A stretch of DNA of 64,000 nucleotides from contig CAVURA010000008.1 in the NCBI GenBank assembly GCA_963743775.1, positions 197,152-261,151 of the forward strand, given 5' to 3'. The translations under genes were made by a program, and so were the position numbers. Below, piece by piece: positions 38,751-47,647 of the stretch (position 1 is the stretch's first letter; every line of letters starts with the position of its first letter). The stretch comes from an uncultured Bacteroidales bacterium (GTDB lineage: Bacteria > Bacteroidota > Bacteroidia > Bacteroidales > VadinHA17). Under the pieces are notes generated by a model, which saw only the letters and a program-made list of their open reading frames with translations, was not told the origin of the DNA and did no database searches.

Positions 38751-41642
38751 ATGATATCTGATCAGTTTGTTAACCGTCATATCGGTCCGCGGGACAGTGA
38801 AGTTGCCGGAATGTGCAAAACAATAGGTGTTGATTCCGTCGACCAGTTGATCAGCGAAACAGTTCCTTCATCGATAATGGCAGAGAAACCGCTCAATCTG
38901 CCGCCGGCAATGAGCGAATATGAATATACGGCTTATCTCAGGGACATGGGTAAGCTTAACAAACAGTACCGGTCGTTTATCGGGCAGGGTTATTACGGTG
39001 TGGCCGTTCCGCCCGTGATCATCCGCAATGTGCTTGAGAACCCTGCATGGTACACTTCCTATACGCCTTACCAGGCGGAGATCTCCCAGGGCAGGCTTGA
39101 GGCACTGCTCAACTTCCAGACCATGATCACGGGTCTGACGGGTATGGAAATAGCCAATGCATCACTCCTCGATGAGGCTACGGCAGCCGGTGAAGCAATG
39201 ATAATGATGTTCAATGCCCGGTCAAGGGAAAAGGTAAAGGCGGGTGCAAACAAATTCATCGCAGACAATTCGGTATTCAGGCAGACACGTGATGTGCTGA
39301 TCACACGTGCAGCGCCGCTGGGAATAGAAATAGAGTTCATTGATTATACTCTTTTTGAGGCTGACAGCAGTGTCTTTGGTGTGCTGGTCCAGTACCCCGC
39401 CGCATCAGGTGAGATACGCGATTACCGGGATCTTGTTGATAAGACACATGGTTCAGGAGCACTGGTTGGTGTTGGTGCGGATCTGATGAGCCTCGCACTG
39501 CTGACACCTCCCGGAGAGTGGGGAGCAGATATTGTTTATGGAACCAATCAGCGTTTCGGCCTGCCCATGAGCTATGGCGGTCCTCATGCCGGATTCTTCG
39601 CCACAAGGGATGAACTGAAACGCAGCATGCCGGGACGCATCATCGGTGTCTCTGTCGATGTACATGGGAACCAGGCTTTACGCATGGCCCTTCAGACGCG
39701 CGAACAGCATATAAAACGCGAGAGAGCAACCTCAAATATATGCACCGCTCAGGCCCTGCTGGCAACCATGTCAGGCATGTACGCACAGTACCACGGTCCG
39801 GAAGGCATCCGTAAGATAGCAATGCACATTTTTTCGACAGCATGCACTCTCTCGAAGGCGTTGAAGGATCTCGGATACACCATCAGGCATGAACAGTTTT
39901 TTGATACTGTCAGGGTACAGGCTGTTGCCGGTGTCACCTCTGACATGATTGAAAAGATAGCGCTTGGCAAAGGATTTAATTTCTGGTACCCATGCGCCAA
40001 TTGTGTACTCATCAGCACCGATGAAGTAACTACACTTGAAGAGATCAATGCTATCGTAGAAATCTTTGCCGAGGCGGCAGGCAGGAAAGCAGTTGCGGTG
40101 ACATCATTATGCGATTGTTTCTGCGTTGATGATAAATTTCATCGGACTACACCTTTCATGCAGGAGCGTACATTTACCAGCTACCACAGCGAGACTGACA
40201 TGATGAGGTATATAAAGATGCTGGAGCGCAAGGATTTCTCTCTTGCCAACGGCATGATACCACTCGGTTCATGTACCATGAAACTTAATCCTGCAGTCTC
40301 GATGTTCGCAATGAGCTGGCCTGAGTACGGTAATATTCACCCGTTTGTGCCTGCTGACCAGGCACAGGGTTACCGCAGGCTCATGGATGATCTTGGTGAA
40401 GCGCTGAAGGAGATAACAGGCTTTGACGCCGTATCGTTCCAGCCCAACTCCGGCGCTGCAGGTGAATATACCGGACTGATGGTCATACGTCAGTATCACA
40501 TCAGTCGTAACGAAGGACACCGTGATGTTGCCCTTATACCCTCATCAGCACACGGTACCAATCCTGCCAGTGCCGCCATGGCTGGTATGAAGGTTGTTGT
40601 CGTTGAGTGCGATGAGAGAGGAAACATCAGTGTGGAAGACCTGAAGAAAAAGGCTGGCGAGAATAAGGAGCATCTCAGTGCTGCCATGATCACTTACCCC
40701 TCGACACACGGGGTCTTTGAGGAGGCTATCGTTGAGATGGTAAATATTGTTCATGAGAACGGCGGCCTGGTCTATATGGACGGCGCCAACATGAACGCCC
40801 AGGTAGGCCTGACCAGTCCCGGAAGAATAGGGGCTGATGTCTGCCACCTCAACCTCCATAAGACCTTTGCCATACCTCACGGCGGCGGCGGTCCGGGGAT
40901 GGGCCCCATTCTGTGCAACAGCAAACTGGCGGAGTTCCTTCCTTCGCACCCTGTGGTGAAGACAGGAGGGAGTCATGGCATTACCGCTGTGGCGGCAGCT
41001 CCTTTCGGCAGCGCTCACGTACTGACGATAAGTCATGCCTATGTGATGTTGCTGGGAGCTGAGGGACTTACAAAAGCCACCAGGTTCGCAATACTGAATG
41101 CAAATTATATTGAAGCAGGACTCAGAGGTTTTTACAAGGTGCTTTATACGGGCACAAAAGGGCGGTGCGCACACGAGATGATACTCGACTGCCGCTCATT
41201 CAAGGAGGCAGGCGTAGATGAGTCTGATATTGCAAAACGACTGATGGATTACGGTTTCCACGCACCCACACTCTCATTCCCCGTTCACGGAACCCTGATG
41301 ATCGAGCCCACCGAGTCGGAGCCAAAGGCTGAACTTGACAGGTTCATTGATGCAATGAAAGGCATATGGAAGGAGATTCAGGAAATAAAGGAGGGAAGCG
41401 CTGATAAGGAAGACAATGTCCTCAAAAACGCTCCTCATACAGCAAGGACTGTGATTTCTGACAACTGGAGTCACAGCTACGGGCGCGAGAAGGCTGCCTA
41501 TCCTCTGCCGTGGGTTGTCGAGAACAAATTCTGGCCGACGGTTGGCAGGGTTGACAACGGTTACGGTGACCGCAACCTTGTATGTTCATGTGCACCGATA
41601 GATTCGTACAGGTTCGATACGTTCAAATTCGAGAAGGATTAG
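38751..41642 (+). CDS. gcvP: Glycine dehydrogenase (aminomethyl-transferring), single-chain P protein
   Basis: It is 963 aa. TSYTPYQAEISQGRLEALLNFQ, the PLP-lysine block NLHKTFAIPHGGGGPG and HAPTLSFPV are present. Confidence 0.95.
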   Translation: MISDQFVNRHIGPRDSEVAGMCKTIGVDSVDQLISETVPSSIMAEKPLNLPPAMSEYEYTAYLRDMGKLNKQYRSFIGQGYYGVAVPPVIIRNVLENPAWYTSYTPYQAEISQGRLEALLNFQTMITGLTGMEIANASLLDEATAAGEAMIMMFNARSREKVKAGANKFIADNSVFRQTRDVLITRAAPLGIEIEFIDYTLFEADSSVFGVLVQYPAASGEIRDYRDLVDKTHGSGALVGVGADLMSLALLTPPGEWGADIVYGTNQRFGLPMSYGGPHAGFFATRDELKRSMPGRIIGVSVDVHGNQALRMALQTREQHIKRERATSNICTAQALLATMSGMYAQYHGPEGIRKIAMHIFSTACTLSKALKDLGYTIRHEQFFDTVRVQAVAGVTSDMIEKIALGKGFNFWYPCANCVLISTDEVTTLEEINAIVEIFAEAAGRKAVAVTSLCDCFCVDDKFHRTTPFMQERTFTSYHSETDMMRYIKMLERKDFSLANGMIPLGSCTMKLNPAVSMFAMSWPEYGNIHPFVPADQAQGYRRLMDDLGEALKEITGFDAVSFQPNSGAAGEYTGLMVIRQYHISRNEGHRDVALIPSSAHGTNPASAAMAGMKVVVVECDERGNISVEDLKKKAGENKEHLSAAMITYPSTHGVFEEAIVEMVNIVHENGGLVYMDGANMNAQVGLTSPGRIGADVCHLNLHKTFAIPHGGGGPGMGPILCNSKLAEFLPSHPVVKTGGSHGITAVAAAPFGSAHVLTISHAYVMLLGAEGLTKATRFAILNANYIEAGLRGFYKVLYTGTKGRCAHEMILDCRSFKEAGVDESDIAKRLMDYGFHAPTLSFPVHGTLMIEPTESEPKAELDRFIDAMKGIWKEIQEIKEGSADKEDNVLKNAPHTARTVISDNWSHSYGREKAAYPLPWVVENKFWPTVGRVDNGYGDRNLVCSCAPIDSYRFDTFKFEKD

Positions 41643-41714
41643 AAGTTTTCCGCAGGGGTTGATATTTTGGGTTTCCACTCCAACTTAGGAGGGGAAATAA
41701 TTTCCAATAATTAT

Positions 41715-42683
41715 TTAAAACAGATCTTCGATAACCATCGAATACAAGTCTGTCTGTGATATTCCAAACACTGCGGCCTGTCGGGGGATGATGCTTTCCG
41801 GTGTCATGCCGGGGATTGTGTTTATCTCAAGGAACTGCGGGCCTTCGGAGGTAACGATAAAATCGACCCTGACAATGCCCCTGCAGCCAAGGATATCATA
41901 AATTTCAGATGAGAGCTCCTGAATGCGTGAGGTGACTCCCTCGGGCATTCTGGCCGGGGTAATCTCCTCCGACATTCCTTCCGTATATTTTGCTTCGTAG
42001 TCGAAAAACTCCTTCTTCGGAACGATCTCTGTGACCGGCATGACCATCTTTCTCTGCCTGGTTTTGACCACACCGCAAGCCACCTCTGTTCCCTTCATAA
42101 ATGATTCAACCAGTACCTCGTGACCTTCAGCAAATGCCTTTTCGAGGGCCGCTGCAAATTCACCAACCTCTTTCACCTTGGTCACTCCAAAGCTTGATCC
42201 GCTGGCGTTCGGTTTGACAAAACACGGCAGGCCTGTCTGCCTGACGATCTTGCCGGGATCATACTGCTGACCTTTTCTGATCAGCAGACCGCCGGTCATC
42301 GGGATACCATACTCATTGAGATACAATTTACAGGCTTGTTTGTTGAATGTCAAAGCTGAAACAAAGGCATCACAGCTGGTATAGGGTATGCCAGTCATAT
42401 CAAAATAACCCTGCAGGAGGCCGTTCTCACCCGGGTTGCCATGTATCGCAATGAAGGCAGCGTCAAACCGCACCTTTTCACCGTCAATTGACAGTGTGAA
42501 ATCGTTTTTATCAATGCTGAAGAGGCGGCCCCTGGGATCTTCCCAGTACCATTCCATTCCCCTTATTGTAATAATGTACAACACATATTTACCTTTCAGC
42601 GCCTCTTCCACACCCTGTGCACTTTTGACTGAAACGGGATATTCCGATGAATTTCCCCCGGCAACAATGGCAATTGTCTTCAT
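41715..42683 (-). CDS. ddl: D-alanine--D-alanine ligase
   Basis: MKTIAIVAGGNSSEYPVS, HGNPGENGLLQGYFDMTGIPYT, the ATP-grasp block KPNASGSSFGV and EINTIPGMT are present. Confidence 0.9.
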   Translation of the reverse strand: MKTIAIVAGGNSSEYPVSVKSAQGVEEALKGKYVLYIITIRGMEWYWEDPRGRLFSIDKNDFTLSIDGEKVRFDAAFIAIHGNPGENGLLQGYFDMTGIPYTSCDAFVSALTFNKQACKLYLNEYGIPMTGGLLIRKGQQYDPGKIVRQTGLPCFVKPNASGSSFGVTKVKEVGEFAAALEKAFAEGHEVLVESFMKGTEVACGVVKTRQRKMVMPVTEIVPKKEFFDYEAKYTEGMSEEITPARMPEGVTSRIQELSSEIYDILGCRGIVRVDFIVTSEGPQFLEINTIPGMTPESIIPRQAAVFGISQTDLYSMVIEDLF

Positions 42684-42701
42684 CTTTTATTTAATGTGAT
42701 T

Positions 42702-42709
42702 CAAAAATA
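42702..42709 (-). promoter_or_regulatory. Bacteroidota -7 promoter box TATTTTTG (minus strand)
   Basis: Plus-strand caaaaata lies 18 nt upstream of the ddl ATG (42683). Confidence 0.45.
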
Positions 42710-42824
42710 ATACAAATTCATGGCCTGATGAGCCGCGAAATCAAAAACAATTCGTCTTTATGCAGATGTTGAAGGATTGCAATCATCGTCCCTGCAACGG
42801 ATCATCATCATTGATTTTTTTTTG

Positions 42825-42832
42825 TAATTTTG
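42825..42832 (+). promoter_or_regulatory. Bacteroidota -7 promoter box TAATTTTG
   Basis: An exact TAnnTTTG match lies 23 nt upstream of the ATG at 42856. It is inside the 32-codon N-terminal extension proposed by the ORF track. Confidence 0.45.
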
Positions 42833-42855
42833 ACCATAACCAAATTAATCTTAAA

Positions 42856-43446
42856 ATGAAAAAAGGCATTATTACCGTAATAGTCATTGCAGTTTTTGCT
42901 CTGCTGGTCATATCATGGGGTGTCGGCATCTATAACAAGATCGTACCCATGAACGAGAAGGTAGGTACAGAGTGGAGTAATGTTGAGACACAATACCAGA
43001 GAAGGGCTGACCTTATCCCGAACTTCGTAAACACCGTCAAGGGTGCTGCTGCATTCGAGCAGGAGACCCTCACAAGGGTTATTGAAGCAAGGGCAAAGGC
43101 AACACAGGTGACAGTTGACCCGTCGAATATTACCCCTGCCCAGCTTCAGGAGTTCCAGGCTGCACAGGGTGAGGTCAGTTCCGCATTGGCCCGTCTGATG
43201 GTTGTTGTTGAACAGTATCCCGAGCTGAAGGCCACACAGAATTTCCGTGACCTGCAGGTTGAGCTTGAGGGCACTGAGAACCGCATTGCCGTGGCAAGGA
43301 ATAACTTCAATGATGCTGCGAGAGGTTACAATACATTTATCAAACAGTTTCCAAATAACTTTATCGCTTCCCTGACCAAGTTCACTCAACGGCCATATTT
43401 TGAAGCTGCAGCGGGTACCGAAGTTGCCCCGAAGGTGGAGTTCTGA
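42856..43446 (+). CDS. lemA: LemA-family membrane protein
   Basis: It starts MKKGIITVIVIAVFALLVISWGV (one TM helix). The LemA blocks are WSNVETQYQRRADLIPN, YPELKATQNF and ENRIAVARNNFNDAARGYNT. Confidence 0.85.
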   Translation: MKKGIITVIVIAVFALLVISWGVGIYNKIVPMNEKVGTEWSNVETQYQRRADLIPNFVNTVKGAAAFEQETLTRVIEARAKATQVTVDPSNITPAQLQEFQAAQGEVSSALARLMVVVEQYPELKATQNFRDLQVELEGTENRIAVARNNFNDAARGYNTFIKQFPNNFIASLTKFTQRPYFEAAAGTEVAPKVEF

Positions 43447-43456
43447 TCACATCACA

Positions 43457-43909
43457 ATGAAAGCCGCAACCTTTTTCACCCGCGAACAGAAGGAAGCTAT
43501 TGTTCGGGCCATCGGCGAGGCCGAGCACGCAACATCGGGCGAGATCCGTGTTCATATTGAGACCTCATGCAAGGCCGACGTGCTTGATGAGGCGGCATGG
43601 CTTTTCCGGAAAGTGGGGATGCACAAGACAGCCGAGCGTAACGGTGTGCTCATCTACCTTGCCGTAAAAGAACGAAAGTTCGCTATCATAGGCGATACCG
43701 GTATCAACAGTGTGGTGCCTCTGGGTTTCTGGGATGAAATACGTGATCACATGAAACATCGCTTCAGTGAGAATCTGTTCACGGAAGGACTCACCGAGGG
43801 TATCATCATGGCTGGCCAGCAGCTTAAGGAACACTTTCCACATACCAGGGATGATGTTAACGAGATCACTGACACGATCTCATTTGATACTAACGAAACC
43901 GGGGAGTGA
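43457..43909 (+). CDS. TPM-domain protein (short, cytoplasmic-type)
   Basis: MKAATFFTREQKEAIVRAIGEAEHATSGEIRVHIE is followed by NGVLIYLAVKERKFAIIGDTGI. It lies 10 nt downstream of lemA. Confidence 0.7.
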   Translation: MKAATFFTREQKEAIVRAIGEAEHATSGEIRVHIETSCKADVLDEAAWLFRKVGMHKTAERNGVLIYLAVKERKFAIIGDTGINSVVPLGFWDEIRDHMKHRFSENLFTEGLTEGIIMAGQQLKEHFPHTRDDVNEITDTISFDTNETGE

Positions 43910-43911
43910 AA

Positions 43912-44713
43912 ATGAAGAATCTCTGTTCTTTAATATTACTGACTGCACTGCTCTTTTTGCCACTTTCTCTGGGTGCGCAGACACTTCTGCCCCGGCCTGA
44001 CCCTCCCAGACTGGTGAATGATTTTGCCGGTGTATTAAGTTCATCTGAATTACAGTCGCTTGAGAATAAGCTTGTTGCTTTCAATGACTCCACCTCCAAC
44101 CAGATCGCTGTGGTGATTGTGAATGACCTGCAGGGATACGACATGTCAGGGTTTGCTTATAAGGTGGCCAAGGACTGGGGTGTAGGACAGTCTGATTTTA
44201 ACAACGGCCTTCTTGTACTGGTAAAGACAAAGACCGATGAATCGCGCGGCCAGATCTTCATCGCAACAGGTTACGGCCTCGAAGGGGCTATTCCCGACAT
44301 TGCATGTGCTGAGATCATTGACAGGGTGATACTGCCGCGTTTTCAGAAGGATGATTACTATGGGGGACTTGATGCAGGCACTGATATTCTGATGTCGCTG
44401 GCTTCCGGTGAATACAATTTTAAATCCAAATTGGGGTCAGGAATGCAGAGTCATAGGGCCTGTTCCTATTATCTTTCTCATTGTCTTGATTATCATCATT
44501 ATAATGGCCTCATCGGGTAGCTCGAACAATAAGCACATTAAGAAATCCGGTACCAGTAACCTGCCGTTATGGCTGCTTATGAGCATGATGGGTGGTGGTA
44601 AGTCGCACGGCGGAAGCTGGGGTGGCTTCAGTGGTGGTGGCGGCAGTAGCGGGGGTTTTGGCGGCTTCGGCGGCGGTGGCTTTGGCGGCGGCGGGGCAGG
44701 AGGAAGCTGGTAG
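43912..44713 (+). pseudogene. TPM-domain protein with TM helix and Gly-rich tail (YgcG-like), reading frame broken by a +1 shift near 44430-44460
   Basis: The signal peptide and TPM domain (VNDFAGVLS..., NGLLVLV, IATGYGLEGAIPD) are in frame 1, which stops at 44520. The TM helix (GPVPIIFLIVLIIIIIM) and the GGFGGFGGGGFGGGGAGGSW tail continue in frame 2 to 44713. Confidence 0.7.
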
Positions 44714-44748
44714 AATTCGAAATTGCAAATTGCAAATCGCAAATTATT

Positions 44749-45780
44749 TTAGTCTCTGCCGACTATATAATTGCGCCATTTCTCAATCGCCTTTGCCATA
44801 TCATCAGGCAGGGGTGATTTAAAAGAGAGACGTTTGCCTGTCACGGGGTGATCAAACGAGAGCGTCTGCGCATGCAGCGCCTGGCGCGGCAGGAGATCGA
44901 AGCAGTTACGAACGAACTGCGTGTATTTTGTAAAGGTCGTGCCTTTGAGAATACGGTGCCCGCCGTACTCCTCATCATTGAAGAGAGGATGACCGGAACA
45001 AGCCATATGCACCCTTATCTGATGTGTCCGTCCCGTCTCCAGACGACATTCGACGAGCGTTACATATCCGAGAGGTTCAATAATTTTATAATGTGTCACG
45101 GCATGCTTCCCCTGGCTGCCGTCAGGGAAGACCTGCATTATCTTACGGTCCCTGATATTGCGGCCTACATGACCTGTGATGGTGCCTTCCTCAGGGTCAG
45201 GAGTACCCCATACGAGCGCAATATATTTTCGTCCTGTGGTCCTGTCGAAAAACTGCTTACCCAGCCTGTTAAGGGCATATTCATTCTTCGCAACCACCAG
45301 CAGACCGGAGGTGTTTTTGTCGATACGGTGTGCCAGCCCGGGTCTGAGTTCACCTGTCTGAAAGAGTGGCAGGTCTTTGAAATGGAACATCAGGGCATTC
45401 ATCAGTGTACCTGAATAGTTTCCATAGGCCGGATGAACAACCATGCCTGCTTTTTTATCGACCACAATCACATCGTCATCTTCATAGACGACACTGATGG
45501 GGATATCCTGCGGTATCAGCTCGATCTCACGGGGCTCGTTGGGGAGGAGGATCTGAATGACATCAGAAGGCTTGACCCGGTAACTGGGTTTGACGGGATT
45601 GTCATTCACCATGATATTCCCTGCCTGCGCTGCTGTCTGTACACGTGTCCTGGATACACCCTCGAGACGGGCAGTAATATACTTGTCTATGCGCAGCATC
45701 GATTGTTTGGGATCGACCACCACGCGGAAGTGCTCAAAGAGCTCCTGCTCCTGGTTGTCTGCCAGTTCCTCTTCTGTCAT
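44749..45780 (-). CDS. rluD: 23S rRNA pseudouridine synthase, RluD family
   Basis: It has an S4 domain (RIDKYITARLEGVSRTRVQ), the catalytic block HRIDKNTSGLLVVAK and GRTHQIRVHM. Confidence 0.9.
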   Translation of the reverse strand: MTEEELADNQEQELFEHFRVVVDPKQSMLRIDKYITARLEGVSRTRVQTAAQAGNIMVNDNPVKPSYRVKPSDVIQILLPNEPREIELIPQDIPISVVYEDDDVIVVDKKAGMVVHPAYGNYSGTLMNALMFHFKDLPLFQTGELRPGLAHRIDKNTSGLLVVAKNEYALNRLGKQFFDRTTGRKYIALVWGTPDPEEGTITGHVGRNIRDRKIMQVFPDGSQGKHAVTHYKIIEPLGYVTLVECRLETGRTHQIRVHMACSGHPLFNDEEYGGHRILKGTTFTKYTQFVRNCFDLLPRQALHAQTLSFDHPVTGKRLSFKSPLPDDMAKAIEKWRNYIVGRD

Positions 45781-45788
45781 TGGAAAAA

Positions 45789-47639
45789 TCAGTTAATTTT
45801 TATAAAGCGTATCAGGGAGAGCGGCTTGCCTTCCTGTGTTTTTATGATGATCATATAAGTACCTGACGGAAGGGAGCTGAAGTCGGGGTGGTCAGTGCGG
45901 GCCATTGACATCACCCTGGCGCCGGTGAGTGAGACGACGTCAATGACAAAGTCCACGGGCGCCCGGTCCGATGCACGCAGGGTGACCAGCCCACGTGTCG
46001 GATTGGGAAAGATCACGAAAAGGTCATTAATGAGGGTGCCTTCGTCTGATGATGTTGCTGATCCTGCGCCCGTCATCACCGGTCTCAGCATTACCGTGCC
46101 CGGCACCTGGCTTGGCTCCCAGGTTCCGCTAAGCGAGTAATAATGTCTGCCGGAAGTAAGGGTGTTAAGATCCAGGCCTGTGTTAAGAAATTTATCTGTC
46201 AACTGTTTCCATCCCACCCAGAAGTCGCCGTTGACGAATACCGGCTTGTCGAAGAGATAGGTGACAAATCCGTTCAGGTCGGCACCCGGGTCTGCCACAG
46301 GACCATCTGTGGTGCCGAGAAGCACGCCGGGTTTACCGTTGTCATCAGCCCATACCATGATATCAAATCCGAGTTGGTTGGCGTTGTCAAAGGCATCGTT
46401 GAAGCAGATCTTCAGTGCTTTCACTGAATCGGGAATAAAGGACCTGAATTTCAGCGCCACCGTGGCGTTGCGTGAGCCCTGCCCGTTTATGCCGTAACCG
46501 GCTTCTGCAGTGCCGTCGTCAACGGCAAAATAATCGGTGAAGCGCTGGTAGTATCTTATGGTGTCATTGGTCTTGGGATCAAAGTCGTCTGTTACAAGGG
46601 AGACTGTCACGAGAAACAGTGCCGAGTCTGTGGAGGAGGAGTTATATGTGTAGATAAGAGGCGCATCATACTCCGTTTCCGTCAGCGGCCCGGCATTGAC
46701 GGCCCCTGCATCGAAGTCGCGTACGACGGCATTCTGAAGAACATCCTTAATCGTGACATGCCGTGTGACATTCCTGACAATTGTGTCGTTGTTGCGATAG
46801 TTTATTGCAGCCGTGGGACTCATTACCGAGAGGTAAGCCTGTCTGAAGTGGCGCCAGGGCATGGCCTCATACTCTTTGATAAGTGATCTCTGGGGCAGGG
46901 TAAGAGCAACATCATGAAGAACAGTGTCATTGACTGAGCGGCCCTTGTCAAGCATCACATTGTCTATGTTCCACTGGTCAGCGTTGCCGGCTCGTGAAGG
47001 ATCAGCAATAATCCCCGAGAGAGATGCATAGCCGGTGAACCTGAAGCGGAAGCCCTTCTTCAGGAACCTGTTGTCCTTAATTGGTATCATTACATTGCGG
47101 AAGCCGTTTGTCGGTCCGCCTTCAGCCCTCCAGATGCTGTACCACCGTTCTTCTTCGGGAGCCCAGAAGCTGAGTGTAAGGCTGTCATCACGCTCAGGCA
47201 TGTCAGCCACACCCCCTGCCTCATAGAGGAAGCTTAGCCAGATACTGTCTGCAGGCTGAAGAACCAGATTGAGCGGCGATGATGTCAGGCTGTCGGCGGC
47301 AAAGACACCCGTTGAAAGATTGTCATACAACAAGCCGTACTCGTCCAGGCAATCGAAGGTTGCCATCCCCATCGATGGTTGTTTTACCGAGTAAGTATTA
47401 TTTATAAAGACCAGTTTATCAGCCCATTTCTCCGGAGAGGGATAAAGGCTGTCAAGGGCGAAGTCGTCTGTGAAGGGGAGGAGCAGGGTGTCAGTACCCG
47501 TGGCACTTTTCAGCTGAGGCTGATTCTTAACGTCTGCAAGCTGCCTGTTGAGAAACAATCCGGTGACGATCTCCTGGGAGCCTGCCCGGGTGGCGGGCAG
47601 CATTATCAGCAGTATGTATATCAGCCATCTCTTCCTCAT
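45789..47639 (-). CDS. Secreted protein of unknown function with T9SS type-A C-terminal sorting domain
   Basis: A signal peptide is present. The last roughly 80 aa (LFVIFPNPTRGLVTLRA...SLPSGTYMIIIKTQEGKPLSLIRFIKIN) match the Por/T9SS CTD pattern. The N-terminal region LPFTDDFA...WNIDNVML resembles MAM/choice-of-anchor-type beta-sandwiches. Confidence 0.7.
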   Translation of the reverse strand: MRKRWLIYILLIMLPATRAGSQEIVTGLFLNRQLADVKNQPQLKSATGTDTLLLPFTDDFALDSLYPSPEKWADKLVFINNTYSVKQPSMGMATFDCLDEYGLLYDNLSTGVFAADSLTSSPLNLVLQPADSIWLSFLYEAGGVADMPERDDSLTLSFWAPEEERWYSIWRAEGGPTNGFRNVMIPIKDNRFLKKGFRFRFTGYASLSGIIADPSRAGNADQWNIDNVMLDKGRSVNDTVLHDVALTLPQRSLIKEYEAMPWRHFRQAYLSVMSPTAAINYRNNDTIVRNVTRHVTIKDVLQNAVVRDFDAGAVNAGPLTETEYDAPLIYTYNSSSTDSALFLVTVSLVTDDFDPKTNDTIRYYQRFTDYFAVDDGTAEAGYGINGQGSRNATVALKFRSFIPDSVKALKICFNDAFDNANQLGFDIMVWADDNGKPGVLLGTTDGPVADPGADLNGFVTYLFDKPVFVNGDFWVGWKQLTDKFLNTGLDLNTLTSGRHYYSLSGTWEPSQVPGTVMLRPVMTGAGSATSSDEGTLINDLFVIFPNPTRGLVTLRASDRAPVDFVIDVVSLTGARVMSMARTDHPDFSSLPSGTYMIIIKTQEGKPLSLIRFIKIN

Positions 47640-47647
47640 CAGGAGGG

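Noticed and set aside
40545-41174. 209-aa ORF antisense to gcvP. Similar long antisense ORFs are at 58227-58793 in dnaB, 21376-21894 across fhs/mobA, 9528-10040 in SusC, 44848-45414 in rluD, 15683-16213 in GH3 and 63403-63960 in tdk.
   Set aside because: Each lies entirely inside a strongly conserved gene on the other strand. Their translations are compositionally odd (Ser/Arg/Cys/His-rich) with no recognisable motifs. Such shadow ORFs are expected at this GC content.
44437-44742. 101-aa proline-rich ORF (PPAPPPPKPPPPKPPKPPLLPPPP) on the minus strand.
   Set aside because: It is simply the reverse complement of the GGx-rich tail of the TPM-domain gene. The forward reading matches a known protein architecture.
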